DNA from: Folioceros fuciformis
Lineage: Eukaryota
DNA: 56,529 nt
Direction of reading: 5' to 3'
Assembly: GCA_049999805.1 (NCBI GenBank)
Contig: JBNGIO010006320.1
Coordinates: 473,790 to 530,318 of the forward strand
The translations under genes and the position numbers were made by a program. Positions within the stretch are counted from its first letter, which is position 1; every line of letters starts with the position of its first letter. Shown piece after piece: positions 51,016 through 56,529 of this stretch. Below the pieces are notes generated by a model, which worked only from the letters and a program-made list of their open reading frames with translations, made no database searches and was not told where the DNA came from.

Positions 51016-53755
51016 TCATTTCCGTCTTTGGGAATCTGTTGAACCCCGCTCCAATAATTCATTAAGCACCACTCGCATTTTGTCCAGCGATATGGGCTTC
51101 AACAAGACACGGTCCATCCCCAGGCTCATGCATCTCTCTCTTGTAGTGCGGTCGGTATTAGCAGTAAGTGCAACCAGCAGGGGCCTCTCATGCCTAGCGA
51201 ATTTCTCCTGAATCCGGACAGCAACTTCATAGCCATCCATGTCAGGCATGCAGACGTCGAGTAACAAAACTCGGAAATTCTGACCGGGTTGTGAAATAAC
51301 TTGAAGGCATTCTTTGCCCGAGCTGACCACCGTAACATCACATCCCAGGCGAATGAGGAGTCCCCTAGTGACCATGCGGTTGACCCTGCAAAAAACAAGC
51401 AATGCAAAGGTCACAACAGGTCTCCCACCGCAGCTTTCCCTGCCTGCTGGAGCTCACTGGTGCCACCATAACAAGTATAAGGTTCTTACCCATTGTCGTC
51501 TGTCACAAGCACCCTGACTCCGCTGAAATCTGTTCTGAGGTGGGCTGGAGGGACAGGAGGCACAATTTTCCGGTCCAAATCAGTGACCAGCTCTGGGAGG
51601 GCCAGCTTCACTATAAATGTCACCACCGAACCCTTGCCTAATCCCTCACTCTCGATCCAGATATGCCCGTCCATAAGGTTGACAAATCTGTAACAAGGAC
51701 AGCAAGACCGATGAGTAAGACTACACATTATCAGCACAGCCATTGAGAAGGAACGCCATGTCTCCATGACCCTCCAGCACTGACCGTTTACAAATTGCCA
51801 ATCCCAATCCAGTTCCACCATAATTCCTCGTCGTTGTGGAGTCTGCTTGCACGAACTTGTTAAATAGTTTGGGAATATCTTGCGCACTGAGCCCTAAGCC
51901 TGTATCCCGTACCTGCGAGAGAGTTCAAGACCTTCGTCAGAATCAAAGCTCGAGAACAGGACGTAGACAACTGGGTCACAACAGTTCGATGCACCAAGAG
52001 GCTTCACGGACAGAGTCCATACCTGTACTCTAATGTAGCAGTGATGATCACCTTGTACTGGCCGAAACTCTGGAAACCGAGGGTCCCTGACATAGTCAGG
52101 ACGTTCTAGGCAAACAGTGACAGTCACACTGCCTTCCTTCGTGAATTTCACAGCGTTTCCAACCACGTTCAGAGCAGTCTGCATTAGTCTCTTGTCATCA
52201 CCAACAGCAAACTCTGGAAGTTCTGTTGCTAGACTCAAGGAGACTGTAAGCTTCTTGACGGAAGCAATTGGTTTTACCAAATTTAGCACCTGCAGCACAG
52301 TGCTACTATCAGTCTCCATGAAGGCTGACATCGGATCATGAAAGCCAATTGCGGGTAGCTCAAAGCCAAACACACCTCTCTGAAAACAGCTGGAAGGTTG
52401 AACGTTCGTGAATCAAGCTCGAGACTACCATCTTCCAAGCGAGAGAGGTCCAAGACGTCATTGATGAGAGTAGCCAACAAGTTACTGCTCTTCAACACAG
52501 TCTCCACCATTGACCTCTGCTCGGGAGTAAGCTCTGTCTCTTGCAGCAGCGATGAGAGAGCGATGATAGCATGCATTGGAGTTCTCATTTCATGATTCAT
52601 CACTGCCAGAAAGTCATTGCGAGCACGTATGGCTGTCTCTGCTTCCCTTCGAGCCATATCAAGAGCAACATTCTGCTCCATAAGAAGATCTCGAGCCTTC
52701 AAGGACTCCTCAAGAATAGCAGCATGTGAGAGGGCTACCGCCACCTACACGAACGGAAGGAAGGAAAGTCATATGTGAGCTCCAAAAGCAACCTACAAAA
52801 AACTATATGAACTAGCTACCCGAGAGGACAAAGGAAGGATATCTACCTGATCAGCTACAACTTCAACTAACTCCAACTCATGTACGTGCCACCTCCGTGC
52901 ACTATCAGATGGCAACATGAGCACCATAAGGGCAAACGGGCGCTTCGCTGTGTCCGGCCAGTCGCCAATGTGAAAGTTTGTCAGGTGCAGCAGGGGCACC
53001 CGGACAGCGACAACATCTCCTGTCATATACTTTCCAGCTCTCGGCCTGGTTATGGCAACAGGACTGTTGGGAGAGATGACAACAGCCCGATTGCTGCTGA
53101 AGACCTGCTTGATAGTGGGATGCTGGATGGGAACTGTAAGTGCCACTGGGCTGGGTTGCCGTAAAGTGTGGGAAAGCTGTAAATCCATACCATTCCGAAC
53201 TGGCATCCACAACGTACACTCTTCCAGAGCTAGAGTCTTGCCAAGCTCCACAAGAGTGGTATTTAAGATGGTATTCTTGTCCAACGTGCTCCGGATCTCA
53301 TGAGTTAGCATCCGCACATGCCGCCCGGTCTCTTCCTGCGTCCTAATAAGTCCCATCTCCCTATCCAACTCCGCAGCCTTATTCTTCAGAAACAACTCCC
53401 TTGTCTTCACACTGAGCAAATCAGGGATAATGTGAACCAACATGAGGGCAGTGGCACATGACACCAACGCAGTAAGGACCTTTGCCGTGGTCATAACCTG
53501 CGCAACTGTCCGGGAGTGACTGGTGAAAGTCCATAAGCTGATCAAGTGCGTGGCGCCACACAACACGATGAAAGCCCCAAACTGCACCAACACCCATCGG
53601 TAGGGGAACACAGCAGACTTCTTCACGAAATATATCAGCTCCAATGGGATGGAGAAATAGGCCAGGGCAATGAAGAAGTCCGAAATGTACTGGTATCTCA
53701 TCAAAAGGTCATCCGAGGGCCACAGAGGTTCCACACAGTTGCAGTGGATGTCCAT
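51016..53755 (-). CDS. ETR1: Ethylene receptor ETR1 (subfamily I; three TM, GAF, His-kinase and receiver domains), 6 coding exons
   Basis: [41 protein letters not shown] (Cu site), [54 protein letters not shown], receiver [13 protein letters not shown] and [11 protein letters not shown]. Confidence 0.97.
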
Positions 53756-55089
53756 GGCGGCCGAGCGGATGGCAGCAGCGACTGCCGTCAGGGACCCCGC
53801 CCGCTCAATCCAACCCCCGCACCGGCGCAGGGACCCGTCAGGGTTCGCTGGAGGTCTGCATGCCGCGGATACTGTAGGCAGCTCACATCCCCAGGTGCTT
53901 GGAGCCGTCCCTGCCGCATGTAATAGGGTCCTGCGGAGCCATGCTCAGGGAGAATAGATCTGTGAGCTTACCTGACCGCAAAAGCCTGAGCTGGAATCCG
54001 GCACAAGGACAGAATGTCAGATCTGCCCTTGTGCCGGAAGAAGCGTTTCCATCAAGGACAAGGGCATAGCCCACGGTGGAGAATACTGCCTTAAGCATTC
54101 AAAGTGACGCCCAGACAAAGTGGGGCAGCCCATTTCAGGCTGGATGCTGTAGCTACGCCAGCTCTGCCTCCCGTGTTGCAAGAAGGCCACACTGTGCGTA
54201 GGGCTCTAGCTCGCTCTATTGCTCGGTCGGTACTGGCTCGGTTAGCCTGGTGCGCGACCACACACCCCAGGCTGACCAATCCTTTTATCGCAACATTTCC
54301 ACATTTTCCTGTGCCGCCTTAATCGAATAAAGAACGACCTTTCTCCTGAGTGTGAATTCACCAACGCGGTCATTGCGCCGTCTTTTACTTCCCAGACTCC
54401 CACTGTTCTGGCCCGACGCCAGGAGCCCTTGCACCATTTACAGTACGCATCCAATACATCACAAAATGTACGTACATACACTCGGATTCTGGGTTCACAA
54501 ATCTTTTTTTACGACACTTTGACTTTCTCTTTACTCCTTGCTGGTTTGTACATGCAGCATCTTCACGTTTGGCTACGGAACAGCAAACCAAACAGCCCTA
54601 CAAATGTTGTGTCATTGCATCGTCATAAATGAGAAAGAGGTTGCTTCCAATTGGTGTTGGTCGGATGTAGCCTTTTTCTCCGAGAAAAACCAAACCAACC
54701 AAGAGCAATATATCATAATATGGTTTTTATTAAAATAATATTACTTTCAATACTTTTTTATTATTTTTTCAAATCAATATGTTACATACACTTATTATTT
54801 GTAGGGGCGCACATTCTGGTTCACTAAGTAGTAAAAATGTACATATAAACTTTTTTGGTTGGTATTATATTTCAAGTATATACAATTTTTTTGGCATTTT
54901 ATTAACAAAGCCCGTTACTCAATGACAAGAACAAATAAATCGCCAATGATGAACTATTATCAAAAAATATAAAAATAATATATACATATACTTTTCACAA
55001 ATATTTGAATATATTTTTTGCAAATAAACATGCTCCTATGTCGTGCCACACAAAATCTGGTCTTCCACATCTAAATCTTTGGACCTTTA

Positions 55090-55870
55090 AGACTGTTTAG
55101 TCATGTTATACTTTAAATGCATCAAATGGATGTGTGTACTGCCTTTTTGATGGTGAGATCAAGAAGGAAATATATATGGAGCAACCACAAGGCTAAGTGG
55201 ACAAATGCTATCCTCATAAGGTACTCGGATTGCTTAAAGCCTTATATGGGGTTAAACAAAGCGCTATGCTATGGAATGAGAAACTAGATGCATAACTAAA
55301 GGCCCTTGGGTTTGTACAAAGTGCAGTAGACTCATCTGTATACTAGTTAGTGGATGGTTTCGCTTTTTGCATTCTTGTTGTGTACGTCAATGATTGCATC
55401 TTCGCTTGCACCGACACATCCATTCTCAACAAGGTCAAGGATCTTTTGCAAGCTAAGTTTGAGATGAAGGATGTGGGAGCCTTGAAGTTTTACCTTGGTG
55501 TTCAAGCTCTACGTAACCAAGAGAAGGGGTTAATAGTTATCCACCAGAACAAGTACCTAACCAAAATTTTGAAGCGTTTTCAGCTTGACCAAGCAAGACC
55601 AGTATGCACTCCAAGCTCTGGGGGAGTAAAACCGACAATTGATCAATGTGCTTCTAGTGCTGAAGAAATTTCACATATGGAAAAAGGCACCTTATAGACA
55701 TGTTGTCGGACGCCTAATTTTCATATCGAATTGGACACGGGTAGATATAGCCTTCTCCGTCAATAGTGTTTCACATCTCCTAGAGAAGCCAGGCCGTGCT
55801 CACTGGGTAGCAGTGAAGTGCATATATCGCTACTTGAAAGGCACTATGCATTATAGTATTTTCTACCCAG
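55090..55870 (+). mobile_element. Degenerate Ty1/copia reverse transcriptase fragment
   Basis: QMDVCTAFFDG, EIYMEQPQG*, KALYGVKQS, VVYVND (mutated YVDD), FEMKDVG, TRVDIAFSV, HWVAVKCIYRYLKGT; contains stops and a frameshift. Confidence 0.9.
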
Positions 55871-56129
55871 CTGGTCTTCCCTTGTGCTTGTCCAAACCGG
55901 CACGGTGCTCGTCCAAACCGTTGTGACCTGAACAAGCATTTCCTAAAGACGTGACCAGTGAGATACTATCTAGAGTGTGAAACGAACAAACCCTAATTAA
56001 TAACTTGGATAAGACTGCTCAAGACCTAATCTAACACTCCCACTCAACCGATCCTAGTTTCGGTTGTCTTCGAAAATTCAACCGTCGATGGATCTGGTTA
56101 ACCCCTTGACACCACCACGATCGTAATTC

Positions 56130-56529
56130 GCTGAGATGAAGCATCCCACAGCGGCTTTATAGGGGGTAGATTCCATGTCTTTCTTGTCCTGTTCTTTTGT
56201 GGGCTGATCATCTAATGTGAGCTTAGCTCCCATTGCCAAGGGCGTGCTCACAGGTTTCGCATTCTCAAGATTAAAGCAAACTAAAATATCATGTATGTAT
56301 TTTGCTTGGTGTAGGATGATTGTGCCTGTAGTTCTGTTCCTATCCACCTGAACACCTAATCAATAACTTAGGTCACCAAGCTGTTTCATTTTATATTCCT
56401 CTGCGAGCTTCTATTTAGTGTTTGCCATGAGTGGTTCGCTAGTTGCAGCAACCATTAGATCGTCTATGTAAAACATAATTATGACCATGCCAGAGTCATT
56501 CAGCAAGACGTACATGTTAGGATCGGAGT
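56130..56529 (-). mobile_element. Second degenerate Ty1/copia RT fragment in opposite orientation, running off the window end
   Basis: FYIDDL, YKMKQLGDL, LHQAKYIHDIL, AKPVSTPL, PYKAAVG; in-frame stops. Confidence 0.88.

Overview
This is eukaryotic, gene-dense land-plant nuclear DNA: about 50% GC, GT-AG introns mostly 80-180 bp, and five 100-N gaps plus one 10-N gap. The gene content and compact introns suggest a non-seed plant, most likely a hornwort (Anthoceros-like); this is an inference. About 14 protein-coding genes are supported: BOP/NPR-type BTB-ankyrin, two FkbM-type methyltransferase paralogs, a secreted low-GC beta-helix protein, peroxiredoxin Q, an intronless 2085-aa PI4-kinase alpha, AUGMIN5, iojap/RsfS, TRM1, a small intronless orphan resembling fungal proteins, an intact intron-rich propionyl-CoA carboxylase beta subunit, a subclass XI LRR receptor kinase, omega-amidase and an ETR1-type ethylene receptor. 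There are also tandem repeats, probable LTR remnants and two decayed Ty1/copia RT fragments. The most notable observations are: (1) PCCB, part of the propionyl-CoA to methylmalonyl-CoA (B12-linked) route that flowering plants lack; (2) a candidate glycan-modification cluster of two methyltransferases plus a bacterial-like beta-helix gene; (3) the candidate fungal-HGT orphan; (4) the intronless PI4K-alpha; (5) a hidden third exon extending BOP; (6) a signal peptide plus 13-aa repeat ORF inside a 39-bp tandem array. No CRISPR, tRNA or rRNA was found. Exon boundaries were read by eye and no database searches were run.
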